Shown here in pieces: positions 9,461 through 20,367 of a stretch of DNA of 64,000 nt. Made by a program: the position numbers and the translations under genes. The DNA is taken from the NCBI GenBank assembly GCA_963781885.1, contig CAWAHW010000001.1, forward strand, positions 352,001 to 416,000, written 5' to 3'. The DNA is from an uncultured Spirochaetota bacterium. GTDB lineage: Bacteria; Spirochaetota; Spirochaetia; SZUA-6; Fen-1364. How positions within the stretch are numbered: position 1 is the first letter of the stretch; every line of letters starts with the position of its first letter. The notes under the pieces are model-generated. The model saw only the letters and a program-made list of their open reading frames with translations. It was not told the origin of the DNA and made no database searches.

Positions 9461-10899
9461 ATGCACCAGGCTTCCGCATCGCTTCCCCTTCCCTCGCCGC
9501 GCGGACGGTGGTGGGCGCTCATCGGCGCCTCCCTTGCCGTGTTCATGGCCGCCCTGGACAGCACCGTCGTGAATGTCGCCCTCCCCGTCATGGCCGGGGC
9601 TTTCCACGTCACGAGCGGCATCCGCTGGGTGTCCTTGAGCTACCTGCTTCCCACCACGGCGCTCCTGGGCACCTTCGGCGCGCTTTCCGACGTCGTGGGC
9701 CGAAAGCGCATCACCCTGCTGGGGATCGGCATATTCGTCGTCGGCAGCGCCCTTTGCGGAACGGCGCAGACCCTCCCGCAGATGATCCTTTACCGTATCC
9801 TCCAGGGCATCGGCGGCGCCTGCATCGGGTCGGCCATCATTGCCATCGCCACTGTCAATTTCGCCCCCGAAGAGCGCGGAAAGGCAATGTCCATCGTGGG
9901 CTTGATCGCCCCCCTGGGCGCGGTTCCGGGCCGAGCATCGGCGGCCTGATCCTGGGCGCGTTCGGCTGGCCCGGGATATTCTATGTCAACGTCCCCTTCG
10001 GGATCATCTCTTTCCTCATCTGCCTGCGCTTCCTTCCCGCGGAATCACGGAAGCCCGCAGTGGCTTTCGACGGCGCAGGTGCCGCGATGTTCACCGCCGC
10101 GCTCGTGCTTCTCCTCCTCGGGCTTTCACCCGCTGCCGGGCGGCTCACGAGGACCGATTTCATCCTGCTTGCCGGCTTCGTGGCCGTGGCCGTGACCCTG
10201 GTCGTCATCGAGCGCAAGGCCGCCGCCGCCCTCCTCCCGCCTTCCCTGGTGCGCCGCGCCCGTTTTTCTCTCCCTCTCCTGGGATTCATGGCCTCGGCGA
10301 GCGCGATGGCGGGGATTGCTTTCATCCTGCCCTTCTTTCTCGAAGTGACGCTCAAGCTCGGTCCCGAGAAGGCAGGGCTGACACTGCTCTTCTTCCCTCT
10401 CGGGATGGCGGCCGCCTCCCAGATCGCCGGCCGGTTGACGGACAGATTCGATCCGAAGCTGCCCGCGGCGGCGGGAGCAGCCTTGAACCTGCTGGGCATC
10501 GTGCTGATGATCCCGCTCTCCAGCTCCTGGAGCATTCCCGCGGTCGCGCTGCGGCTGGCCGTCAGCGGGCTGGGCATGGGCTTCTTCATCACGCCGAGCA
10601 CGGTGGCCATCATGGCGGCGACGCCGCGCGAGCACGTCGGGGTGGGAAGCGCGTTGGTGAACACGGCCCGCTATCTCGGGTTCGCGCTCGGCCCCGTGTT
10701 CGTCTCCCTGTTCTGGAGCCCGGGCATGAGCGAGCCGGCGAACCATACCGCGGCGCGTCTTGTGGTGATCGTGCTCGCGGCGATACAGGCAGCGGCCCTG
10801 GCGAGCGTCTTCAGCTATCGTGCCGAGCGTGCGGAGCGCGGCGTACGGCCCAATGCGGAAACGCCCGAAGCGCAGGTGGACACGGGGCTCTCAGCGTGA
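9461..10899 (+). CDS. MFS (DHA2/EmrB-like) efflux transporter, frameshift near 9925
   Basis: LDSTVVNVALP and GALSDVVGRK in one frame; GPSIGG onward in another frame. Confidence 0.85.
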
Positions 10900-10927
10900 G
10901 GGGTCCGGCGCCATTGGCACCTCCCTT

Positions 10928-12361
10928 CTAGAGAAAGAGCTCGACGAGCTGCGAAACGGTGAGCCGCTCAAGACGCCCCCGGTCCAGGAATAGCGCCACG
11001 ATCTCCTCCACCCGCGCGGGCGGGAGCTGGCCGGAGAGGTTCTTCCGCAACTTGTCGAAAAGAAGCGGCACCGCCTTGGCGCGCCTCTGGCGATGACCGA
11101 TCGGATATTCCACCGCAACCTCCGGCGTCGAGCTTCCGTCTTGGAAGAATACCTGGAGGCAGCTTGCGATCGAGCGCTTTCCCGGGTCGAGGTAATCGGC
11201 CGAATACCGGCGGTCTTCTTCCAGCTCCATGAGGCTTCGGAGCCTGTCGATGCGCGGGTCACGGGCGGCTTCATCTTCGTAGTCTTCCGCCCTCAGGCGG
11301 CCGGTGATCAGCGCAACGGCCACCGCGTACTGCATGCAGTGGTCCCGATCGGCAGGGTTGTGGAGCGGCCCGCGCTTGTCGATGATGCGCAGGGCGGACT
11401 CATGCGTGCGGATGCGGATCCGCTGAATCCGGTCCAACCTGTCCTTCACCGCGGGATGGAGGCTCAGGCCTGCCTCCACGGCCGTCTGCGCGTGAAACTC
11501 GGCGGGGAACGAGACTTTGAAAAGGATATTCTCAGCCACGTACGACCCCAGCGGCCTTCCCAGGCGCAGCGGATTGCCGCCGAACACCGCGTCCTGGAAT
11601 CCCCACAGTGCAGCAGTGAGCGCCGTGGCATAGCCCTGCTCGCCCGCAACGCCCATGAGGGCAAGACGCACGCCACGCGCCGTGGCGTCTCCTGCCGCCC
11701 AGGACTTGCGCGCGCCCGTGTTGGGCGCGTGTCGATAGGTTCGAAGCGGCCCGAGGTCTATCCATGCATTGGACAGCACGTCCACGATCTGTTTTTCGTT
11801 TGCACCCATGAGTCGGGCCGCCGTGGCGGCCGTGGCGATCTTCACCAGGATCACGTGGTCGAGCCCCACCCGGTTGAACGAGTTCTCCAGCGCCAGGATG
11901 CCCTGTATCTCGTAGGCCTTTATCTGGGATTCCAACAGCCCGCGGACCGTCACGGCTTCCCGTAGGCCCGGCCTCCGGCTCAGCCAGTCCGCGACGGCAA
12001 GCAGCCCTCCGAGATTGTCCGAAGGATGGCCCCATTCGGCGGCGAGCCAGGTATCGTTGTAATCCAGCCACCGGATCATGGAGCCGATGTTGAAGGCCGC
12101 CTGCACCGGGTCAAGCTCGAATCGGGTGCCCGGCACCCGGGCGCCGGACGACATCAGCGCGCCCTCCACGACCGGCCCGAGCCGACGCAGACACTCGGGG
12201 AAGCTCAGCGCGAGCATGGCGCAGCCCAGACTGTCGGCAAGACTCCAGGAGGCTGCGTCGAAAGCAGGCTCGCTCTCAATGCGCGCCTCGGCGACGTAGG
12301 CGGCTATTTCCTGGAGGAGCGCGTCAGGCGCGGCCTCCTCTGACGCCGGGACCGGGCTCAT
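10928..12361 (-). CDS. prpD: 2-methylcitrate dehydratase
   Basis: RWLDYNDTWLAAEWGHPSDN, ENSFNRVGLDH, FPAEFHAQTA, ADRDHC. Confidence 0.95.
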   Translation of the reverse strand: MSPVPASEEAAPDALLQEIAAYVAEARIESEPAFDAASWSLADSLGCAMLALSFPECLRRLGPVVEGALMSSGARVPGTRFELDPVQAAFNIGSMIRWLDYNDTWLAAEWGHPSDNLGGLLAVADWLSRRPGLREAVTVRGLLESQIKAYEIQGILALENSFNRVGLDHVILVKIATAATAARLMGANEKQIVDVLSNAWIDLGPLRTYRHAPNTGARKSWAAGDATARGVRLALMGVAGEQGYATALTAALWGFQDAVFGGNPLRLGRPLGSYVAENILFKVSFPAEFHAQTAVEAGLSLHPAVKDRLDRIQRIRIRTHESALRIIDKRGPLHNPADRDHCMQYAVAVALITGRLRAEDYEDEAARDPRIDRLRSLMELEEDRRYSADYLDPGKRSIASCLQVFFQDGSSTPEVAVEYPIGHRQRRAKAVPLLFDKLRKNLSGQLPPARVEEIVALFLDRGRLERLTVSQLVELFL

Positions 12362-13509
12362 CGCCTTTCATCCGGCACGAGCGGCACGTAGTCCCGCGGC
12401 CCGGAGCCGGTATAGCGGCTGATCGGACGGATGAGCTTGTTGTTCGACCTCTGCTCCATGATGTGCGCCATCCACCCACTGATGCGTGCAAGGACGAAAA
12501 GCGGCGTATACAGCTGCATGGGGATGCCGCAGAACCGGTAGGCGAGCGCACTGTAGAAATCAAGGTTCGGGAAAAGCTTCTTCTCTTCCCGCATGACCTG
12601 CTCGATGCGTTCCGCCACCGCGAGCAGGCGCTTCTGCTCGTCGTTCACGGCAAGCCGCGCGGCCCACGGCTTGATCACGACGGAGCGCGGGTCGGAGACC
12701 GTATAGATGCGGTGGCCGAAGCCCATGATCTTCTCTTTCTTCCGGAGTCGGGACCTGATGCCCGCCTCCGCCTCGGCAGGGTCGGCGTATGCCTCGATCA
12801 GCTTCATCGCTTCCTCGTTGGCACCTCCGTGCAGGGGCCCCGCGAGAGCGCCGATGGCACCTGCCACGGCGGAATGGACGTCGGAAAGCGTGCTCGTGAT
12901 GACGCGCGCGGCGAATGTCGAGGCGTTGAACTCGTGCTCGGCGTAAAGGATGAGAGAGACGTCCAGACAGCGGCGGAGCATCTCTGGTGCGGGCGTGCGA
13001 TGCAGCGCGCCCAGAAAGTAGCCGGCGAGCGTTTCCTCATCGCCCCCCAACTCCTTGCCTTCGCGCTGCAGCACGATGGAGGGAAGCACGGCGACCAACC
13101 GGTCGGCCACGTCGAAAGGCTCCGCGCCCCTGCGCTCGGGCTCGATGTTGCCCAACAGGGAGACACCCGTCCGCAGGATGCCCATCATGCTGTCGCCGGG
13201 GGGAATCTGGGCAAGAAGCCGGGAAAGCTCCGGCGGCAGGCGCCGCAGCTGCCGCAGCCTGTTTCGATAACCCGAAAGCTCGGCAGGTGTGGGCAGCTCC
13301 CCCCGCAGGAGAAGCCATGCCACCTCCTCGAAGCTTGCGTGCGCGGCCAGGTCCTCTATGGAATAGCCGCGGTAGCTCAAGCCGTAGCCTTCGATGCCGA
13401 CGGTGCAAATGGCGGAGTCTGCGGCGACGATGCCCGCCAGGCCGCCGACCTTTTTCACCTGTGCGAACTTCCGGTCCAGCTCGGCAGTATTGGCCTCATA
13501 ATCAGCCAT
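12358..13509 (-). CDS. prpC: 2-methylcitrate synthase
   Basis: Start MADYE (13509); [29 protein letters not shown]; lies between prpB and prpD. Confidence 0.92.
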   Translation of the reverse strand: MADYEANTAELDRKFAQVKKVGGLAGIVAADSAICTVGIEGYGLSYRGYSIEDLAAHASFEEVAWLLLRGELPTPAELSGYRNRLRQLRRLPPELSRLLAQIPPGDSMMGILRTGVSLLGNIEPERRGAEPFDVADRLVAVLPSIVLQREGKELGGDEETLAGYFLGALHRTPAPEMLRRCLDVSLILYAEHEFNASTFAARVITSTLSDVHSAVAGAIGALAGPLHGGANEEAMKLIEAYADPAEAEAGIRSRLRKKEKIMGFGHRIYTVSDPRSVVIKPWAARLAVNDEQKRLLAVAERIEQVMREEKKLFPNLDFYSALAYRFCGIPMQLYTPLFVLARISGWMAHIMEQRSNNKLIRPISRYTGSGPRDYVPLVPDERR

Positions 13510-14377
13510 GCTTCTGCCTCCGTTCCTTCTCCTCGTACCCGAGCAGCTCATAGAGCTCGGCCCGGGTCTGCATCTCGGACAGGACGCCTGCCTGCGTCCC
13601 CTGCCTGCGTATCTCGGAGAGCACGCGCTGGGCCGCACGGTTCATCGCCCGGCTGGCGGAGAGCGGGTACAGCGCCATGTCCACCCCTGCCGAGGCGAGC
13701 TCCGCCGTCGTGAACGCCGGCGTGAGTCCGAACTCGGTGAGGTTTGCAAGAAGGGGAAGCCCCGCGGCTCTCTTGAAAGCCTGATACTGTTCGAGGCTTG
13801 CCAGGGCTTCCGGGAACAGCATGTCGGCACCTGCCGCGGCGTATGCCGCTGCCCGGTCCAGGGCAGATTCCATCCCCTCCCCGGCAACCGCATCCGTGCG
13901 CGCCATGATGACGAAGCCAGGATCCGTCCGCGCATCCACGGCCGCGTGGATCCTGTCCACCATCTCCTGCCGGCTCACCAGGGCCTTGCCGGGCCGGTGG
14001 CCGCAGCGCTTGTCGCTCACCTGGTCTTCCATGTGGACCGCGGCGACTCCGGCGCGGATCATCTCGCGTATGGTGCGGCCGATCATGAGCTCGGCGCCGA
14101 AACCCGTGTCGACGTCCGCCAGCAGCGGCAGGTCCACCGCGCCGGTGATCCGCCGCGCATCCTCCAGGACATTGTCCAGGGTGGTCACGCCGAGATCGGG
14201 CAGGCCGAAGGAGAGGTTTGCGACGCCGGCGCCCGAGAGGTAGATCGCCCGGTAACCGACCCGTGCCGCCATGAGCGCGACGAAAGCGTTGGGGGTGCCC
14301 GCGATCTGCAGCGGTCTTTCCTCGGTCAAGGCCCGGCGGAACCTGTCCCCCGGGCCGGCAGGTGGTACTTTGTTCAT
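13502..14377 (-). CDS. prpB: Methylisocitrate lyase
   Basis: YLSG, GLPDLG, DVDTGFG, KRCGHRP, ARTDA. Confidence 0.95.
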   Translation of the reverse strand: MNKVPPAGPGDRFRRALTEERPLQIAGTPNAFVALMAARVGYRAIYLSGAGVANLSFGLPDLGVTTLDNVLEDARRITGAVDLPLLADVDTGFGAELMIGRTIREMIRAGVAAVHMEDQVSDKRCGHRPGKALVSRQEMVDRIHAAVDARTDPGFVIMARTDAVAGEGMESALDRAAAYAAAGADMLFPEALASLEQYQAFKRAAGLPLLANLTEFGLTPAFTTAELASAGVDMALYPLSASRAMNRAAQRVLSEIRRQGTQAGVLSEMQTRAELYELLGYEEKERRQKHG

Positions 14378-14458
14378 AGCCGATCACTCCTCCATCCGCA
14401 ATGTAGATATAGTGATTCGGCGCGCTGTTTCCAACAGGAATTGAGCGGCAAACGGGGC

Positions 14459-14484
14459 CGCGAATGTCGCCAGGAGCGACCGCG
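14459..14484 (-). repeat. 26-bp bulged-hairpin repeat, identical to 62188-62213
   Basis: CGCGGTCGCTCCTGGCGACATTCGCG on the minus strand, directly after the ABC-F stop codon. Confidence 0.8.
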
Positions 14485-16119
14485 CTAGATTTCCGCCGCG
14501 ACGTGGCCGTGGTAATACCTGTCCCGCAGCTCGGTGATCGCGCCGTCGTGAAGGTAGTCGTCGAATCGCATGGCGCGATCGATCACGCCCCCGGGGCAGA
14601 TCTCGATGATGCGGGTGGCGATGGAGGTGACGAACTCGTGGTCGTGGCTGGCGAACAGGAGGACGCCGCCGAAATCGACCAGGCCCTCATCGAGCGACTC
14701 GATGGCTTCCAGGTCGAGGTGATTGGTCGGCTCGTCGAGGATCAGGCAGTTGGCGGCCGACAGCATGAGCCGCGCGAGCATGCAGCGCACGCGCTCTCCG
14801 CCGGAGAGCACGCGCACGGGTTTCAGACCCTCATCGCCGGAGAAGAGCATGCGCCCGAGGAAGGAGCGGACGAATGTCTCGTCATCCGTGGGACTGTACT
14901 GCGCGAGCCACTGGACGAGCGGCAGGTCGGATTCGAAGAGGCGCGCGTTCTCCTTGGGAAAATAGGACCATGCGATGGTCTGGCCCCAGGTGAAGGAGCC
15001 GGTGTCGGGCGCGATCTCGCCGGTGAGTATGCGGAAAAGCGCCGTCTTTGCCAGGTGCTCCTTCCCCACGAATGCGATCTTGTCGCCGCGTCGCACCGTG
15101 AGGTCGAAACCGTCCAGCACGGGCCTGCCCTCCAGCTTCTTGGACAGGCCCGTGACCTCCAGGACCACGTTTCCCACCTCCCGTGCCGGCTTGAAGCCGA
15201 CGTAGGGGAAACGCCGGCTGGATGCCACGTAATCATCGACGTCGATCTTTTCCAGGATCTTCTTCCGCGACGTGGCCTGCCTGCTCTTGGACACGTTGGC
15301 GGCGAAGCGGTGGATGAACTCCTTCAGGTCCTTCACCTTCTCCTCGCGGCGCTTCTTCTCGTCCTTCTGCTGCTGCGCGAGGATCTTGTTGATGCGGAAC
15401 CAGAAGTCGTAGTTGCCCGCGTACATGCGCACCCGACCGAAGTCGATGTCGCAGGTATGCGTGCAGACGGCGTTCAGGAAATGCCGGTCGTGCGACACGA
15501 CGAGCACGATGTTGGGGAAGTCGATGAGGAAATCCTCCAGCCACGAGATGGAGGCGAGGTCCAGGCCGTTCGTGGGCTCGTCGAGGAGCAGGATGTCGGG
15601 ATTGCCGAATAGGGCCTGCGCCAGGAGCACGCGGACCTTCACCCCTTCGTCGACGTCCCGCATGAGCTTCGCGTGAAAGACCTCCGGTGTGCCCAGACCG
15701 GCCAGCAGCGTCGCGGCCTGTGCGTCCGCCTCCCATCCGCCCAGCTCGGCGTATTCCGCTTCCAGCTCGCTTGCGCGCATGCCGTCGGCCTCGGTGAAAT
15801 CGCTCTTGGCGTAGAGGGCTTCCCTTTCCCTGCCCACGGCGTGCAGGCGCGGTGAGCCCATGATGACCGTGTCCAGCACGCGGTGATCCTCAAAAGCGAA
15901 ATGGTCCTGGCTCAGGACGGACAGGCGCTTTCCCGCCCCGAGGACAATATCCCCCGTGTCCTGTTCCAGCTCGCCGGAGAGGATCTTCAGGAACGATGAC
16001 TTGCCGGAGCCGTTGGCACCGATGATGCCATAGCAATTGCCGGGCGTGAACTTCAGATTCACATCCTTGAACAGGATGCGATTGGCGAAGGAGAGCGTGA
16101 GGTTGGCGACGGTGATCAT
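14485..16119 (-). CDS. ABC-F family ATP-binding protein (YkpA/YbiT-like)
   Basis: Two ABC domains (GANGSGKS, LLLDEPTN, LSGGE, ILDEPTNHLD), no TM segments; start MITV. Confidence 0.92.
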   Translation of the reverse strand: MITVANLTLSFANRILFKDVNLKFTPGNCYGIIGANGSGKSSFLKILSGELEQDTGDIVLGAGKRLSVLSQDHFAFEDHRVLDTVIMGSPRLHAVGREREALYAKSDFTEADGMRASELEAEYAELGGWEADAQAATLLAGLGTPEVFHAKLMRDVDEGVKVRVLLAQALFGNPDILLLDEPTNGLDLASISWLEDFLIDFPNIVLVVSHDRHFLNAVCTHTCDIDFGRVRMYAGNYDFWFRINKILAQQQKDEKKRREEKVKDLKEFIHRFAANVSKSRQATSRKKILEKIDVDDYVASSRRFPYVGFKPAREVGNVVLEVTGLSKKLEGRPVLDGFDLTVRRGDKIAFVGKEHLAKTALFRILTGEIAPDTGSFTWGQTIAWSYFPKENARLFESDLPLVQWLAQYSPTDDETFVRSFLGRMLFSGDEGLKPVRVLSGGERVRCMLARLMLSAANCLILDEPTNHLDLEAIESLDEGLVDFGGVLLFASHDHEFVTSIATRIIEICPGGVIDRAMRFDDYLHDGAITELRDRYYHGHVAAEI

Positions 16120-16192
16120 GGACCCATCGTTCTGGCAGAATTGCAGAGGCAATGCAAGGGGGTGCCCTGACGGGCCGCTCCCCCGTGACGGC

Positions 16193-16579
16193 TCAAAACG
16201 GCGGCAGGGGCTCCAGCAGCCAGGAAATGGCGAGGTCGCGCTTGTCGAAGACCTTCAGCAGAAAGCCCCGGTTGCGCATGAACGCCTCGATGAATGTCTT
16301 GCGAATGGAATGGGGACCGGGCAGGAGAACCGCGCAGCGCGCCTGCGGCGGCGTGCGAAATTGGCCGGCATTCTGCGGCATCATCCACAGGTCCGCAAAA
16401 CGGTATCGCAGCGTGGCATCGCGATGGTCGATGAGGTAGCGGACGCATGCATGCTTTTGCCCTTCCTCGATAGTTTGCCGGATCACATCCGGCCACGCCG
16501 CGATGGGGAGTATTCCCACGGTCCGTACGATGAGAATCTGCGGTTCGGAAAGGAACGTGATGTCTGCCTGGTAGCTCAT
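16193..16579 (-). CDS. Hypothetical protein, possibly STAS/SEC14-like
   Basis: 128-aa alpha/beta pattern ending KVF...AISWL; fills the gap between nth and ABC-F. Confidence 0.5.
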   Translation of the reverse strand: MSYQADITFLSEPQILIVRTVGILPIAAWPDVIRQTIEEGQKHACVRYLIDHRDATLRYRFADLWMMPQNAGQFRTPPQARCAVLLPGPHSIRKTFIEAFMRNRGFLLKVFDKRDLAISWLLEPLPPF

Positions 16580-16629
16580 GCTCGATCACCGAGGGGCCGT
16601 GCGGCGTGGCCGCGCGCCCCGAGGGGTTG

Positions 16630-17265
16630 TCAGACAGAAGAAAGCGTCTTGGTGTATTCGCAAACGTCTCTCATCGGGCACTCGGGGCAGTGGGGTTTTG
16701 TGGGTCGGCAGATCTCCCTGCCGAGATAGCTCAGGGACATGCCCAGCGCGTGCCAGTCTTTTGCGTCGACCTTCTCCATCAGTTGCTTTTCGACCTTGTC
16801 CGGCACCTTTCCCTGCGCCAGCCCAATGCGGGGGGCGACGCGCAGCGTGTGAAGGTCCACGATGACGCCCTCGGCGGGAACGCCTGCCTGGCTCATGATG
16901 ACGTTCGCGGACTTGCGTCCGACGCCCTTGAGGGCAACGAGCCCTTCCATGGTGAGGGGGATCGCCGCATCGGTCTTCACCGTCCGGGCGATCTCCATCA
17001 ACGATCCCGTCTTGATTTTGGCACTGGGGACGCCGGGAAGAAGCGCAAGGATCTCATCGAAGCCCGCCTTTGCCAGCGCGGCCATCGTGGGAAACTTCGC
17101 GAAGAAATCGGGTGAGATCTTGTTGATATGCCTGTCGGAGTCCCGGGCCGACAACACGACCACCACGATGAGCTGGTAGTTGTTTGCGTAGTCCAGCGGA
17201 TGCCTGCGCCCCCGGTAGTTTTGCATCAGGGGTTTCAGGGCAGCTTTCCAATCGACGTTCGCCAT
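16630..17265 (-). CDS. nth: Endonuclease III
   Basis: HhH LKGVGRKSAN, VDLH, and C-x6-C-x2-C-x5-C Fe-S motif. Confidence 0.93.
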   Translation of the reverse strand: MANVDWKAALKPLMQNYRGRRHPLDYANNYQLIVVVVLSARDSDRHINKISPDFFAKFPTMAALAKAGFDEILALLPGVPSAKIKTGSLMEIARTVKTDAAIPLTMEGLVALKGVGRKSANVIMSQAGVPAEGVIVDLHTLRVAPRIGLAQGKVPDKVEKQLMEKVDAKDWHALGMSLSYLGREICRPTKPHCPECPMRDVCEYTKTLSSV

Positions 17266-17337
17266 GGCGGAACCTCCGGGCGCGATCTCTGGGAACCCTC
17301 CCCAATGTCGTCATGCGGGCTTTCCCCGGTCAACTCC

Positions 17338-17366
17338 AAGAAAAAGCCCCGCGTTCGGCGGGGCTT
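17338..17366 (-). terminator. Intrinsic terminator after gap
   Basis: AAGCCCCGC-CGAAC-GCGGGGCTT followed by TTTCTT on the minus strand. Confidence 0.85.
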
Positions 17367-17391
17367 CGTGATTCATCCGGGAGTCGATCCC

Positions 17392-18473
<1,082 letters not shown>

Positions 18474-18553
18474 CTATTGGTCGTATCGGCCGTCATGGCC
18501 GTCGTTGCCGTGCGTGAGGCGGCGTCGCGCGGCGCCTGGATACACGGCGCACC

Positions 18554-18720
18554 GCGGCGTCCTAAGGCCGCAAGCTCGCGGCTGGCCTACGGGCTCGCTT
18601 CCAGCGGCTCTCGCCGTTTCTTCGAAACGGCTGCCGCCCTCCGCGCGGCGTACCGCGCTACGCATCCCTGGCCTCGCTCGCCCTCGGCGTCCTAAGCCGC
18701 ATGTTCGCGGCTGGCCTACG
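18554..18720. repeat. REP-like composite palindromic element with two ~36-bp direct repeats
   Basis: cggcgtcctaaggccgcaagctcgcggctggcctacg and cggcgtcctaagccgcatgttcgcggctggcctacg; internal hairpin GCCGTTTC-TTC-GAAACGGC. Confidence 0.65.
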
Positions 18721-19162
18721 AGTCTTCCAGCAGCTTGAACACCGTGTCCGGCGTGACCGCCTGGATGATCGCTTTGCGCTTTTCCTTGTCGCGGATGATC
18801 AGCGTGAGCTTTGCGAGGATGCGCAGGTAATTCTCGTGCTCCTCGGGTCCGGCGATCAGGAAGGCGAGGTGCACCGGCTTCTCGTCCAGCGACTGCCACT
18901 CCACGCCGTCGCGGAAGACCCCGATGGTGATGAAGAAGTCCTTCACCCACTTGCTCTTGATATGGGGAATGGCCACGTTCTGGCCGATGCCTGTCGTCAC
19001 GATGTATTCGCGGTCAAGGACCGCATTCTGGAACTGCTCGAAATCGATCACGTGCCGCGGATCGTCGGAGAGGGAGATGAGCTTGGCCAGCGCGTCCTGC
19101 TTGTCCCGTGCCTCCAGAAACGCGATCCGCTCGCGCGCGATGTAGTCTTTTAAATTGATCAT
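18716..19162 (-). CDS. PTS EIIA domain protein (fructose/mannitol/Ntr type)
   Basis: DRE...TTGIGQNVAIPH (phospho-His), DEKPVHLAFLI; promoter TTGCAC-17-TAAATT. Confidence 0.88.
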   Translation of the reverse strand: MINLKDYIARERIAFLEARDKQDALAKLISLSDDPRHVIDFEQFQNAVLDREYIVTTGIGQNVAIPHIKSKWVKDFFITIGVFRDGVEWQSLDEKPVHLAFLIAGPEEHENYLRILAKLTLIIRDKEKRKAIIQAVTPDTVFKLLEDS

Positions 19163-19256
19163 GACGTACTTCAATTTACAGAATTATCGAGAACGGTGCA
19201 AGGCCGGGCATTGGCGGGTGGTCCGGGACATCCGCCCGGCGCCCGACCCGGGGCGC

Positions 19257-20363
19257 TCAGGGCGATTTCGGCGCAGGGACGGTGCGGTTTTCGGCGAAAC
19301 GTGCGAGCTTTTCCTGAAAGCCGGGCCGGGCCAGCACCTCGCGGTTGATTACGTTCTCCGGCTCTTCCCCCTGCGCGACACGAAGCATGCCGGTGGACAT
19401 CGCGAGGCCCGTCTCCCGCCAGATGTCGGTTGTCGCGGGGGACCAGTGCGGCGTGAGGATGACATTGGGAAGCGCGATCAGCGGATCGTCCACCGGCAGC
19501 GGCTCCACCGCGAACACGTCCAGCCCGGCGCCCGCGATCCGGCCCGCTGCCAGCGCTTCCGCCAGCGCCGGCTGATCCACGATCTCACCGCGCGCGATAT
19601 TGATGAGATACGCCGTGGGCTTCATACGGCCTATCTCGTTCGGCCCGATCAGGCGGCGCGATTCGGGGGTGAGGCGCGCATGGATGCTCACGAAATCCGC
19701 CTCCGCCATCAGCTCATCAAGCGGCGCAAGCCGCACGCCCAGCGCCGCCGCCTCCCGGGGATCGGCATGCGGGGAATAAGCGACGATGCGCATGGAGAAT
19801 GGAGCCACCAGGCGCACGAGCTCCCTGCCGCTGTGACCGAGCCCGACGATGCCCAGGGACCGTCCCGTGAGCTCGGCGCCCATGACGGCAGGCTGCAGGT
19901 CCCAGCGGCCGTCGCGCGTGATGCGGTCCTGCGCGAAAAGCCTTTTTGACAGCGCGAGCATGAAGAGGAGCGCGGTGGACGCGGTGGAATGGTTGAGGGC
20001 ATGCGGGGCGTTGAAAAGCACGACGTCGTTGTCCGTGCACGCGGCGACGTCGATCTTGTCGAAGCCCGCGCCCGAGCGGCCGATGGCGACCAGGCGGGAC
20101 GCCCCGCGCGCGAATGTGGCGCGCTTCACCCAGGGTCGCAGCACGACCAGCCCGTCAATGTCGGCAATGTGCGCGGGCGTCACCTCCAGCGAGTAGAGAC
20201 GGTCCCAGTAGCCGGGGTCGTCCTTGCGCGGGGCATGATCGCGCGTGAAGTCGTAGCGGATAAAGGGGGCCTGCCGCAGCAGGTCGAGCCGGATGTCGCC
20301 GTACGCGCTTGTCCCTTCAAGGTTGAGAAAATCGCCGGTGAGCGCGAGCTGGAAGGTGCGCAC
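19257..20363 (-). CDS. D-2-hydroxyacid dehydrogenase family protein
   Basis: GIVGLGHSG, LINIARG, GLDVFAVEP, ILTPH. Confidence 0.9.
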   Translation of the reverse strand: MRTFQLALTGDFLNLEGTSAYGDIRLDLLRQAPFIRYDFTRDHAPRKDDPGYWDRLYSLEVTPAHIADIDGLVVLRPWVKRATFARGASRLVAIGRSGAGFDKIDVAACTDNDVVLFNAPHALNHSTASTALLFMLALSKRLFAQDRITRDGRWDLQPAVMGAELTGRSLGIVGLGHSGRELVRLVAPFSMRIVAYSPHADPREAAALGVRLAPLDELMAEADFVSIHARLTPESRRLIGPNEIGRMKPTAYLINIARGEIVDQPALAEALAAGRIAGAGLDVFAVEPLPVDDPLIALPNVILTPHWSPATTDIWRETGLAMSTGMLRVAQGEEPENVINREVLARPGFQEKLARFAENRTVPAPKSP

Positions 20364-20367
20364 CGGC

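Noticed and set aside
17266-17320. GGAACC(C)TCC repeats upstream of nth as a LexA box
   Set aside because: No matching motif upstream of uvrC or lexA; too short to support.
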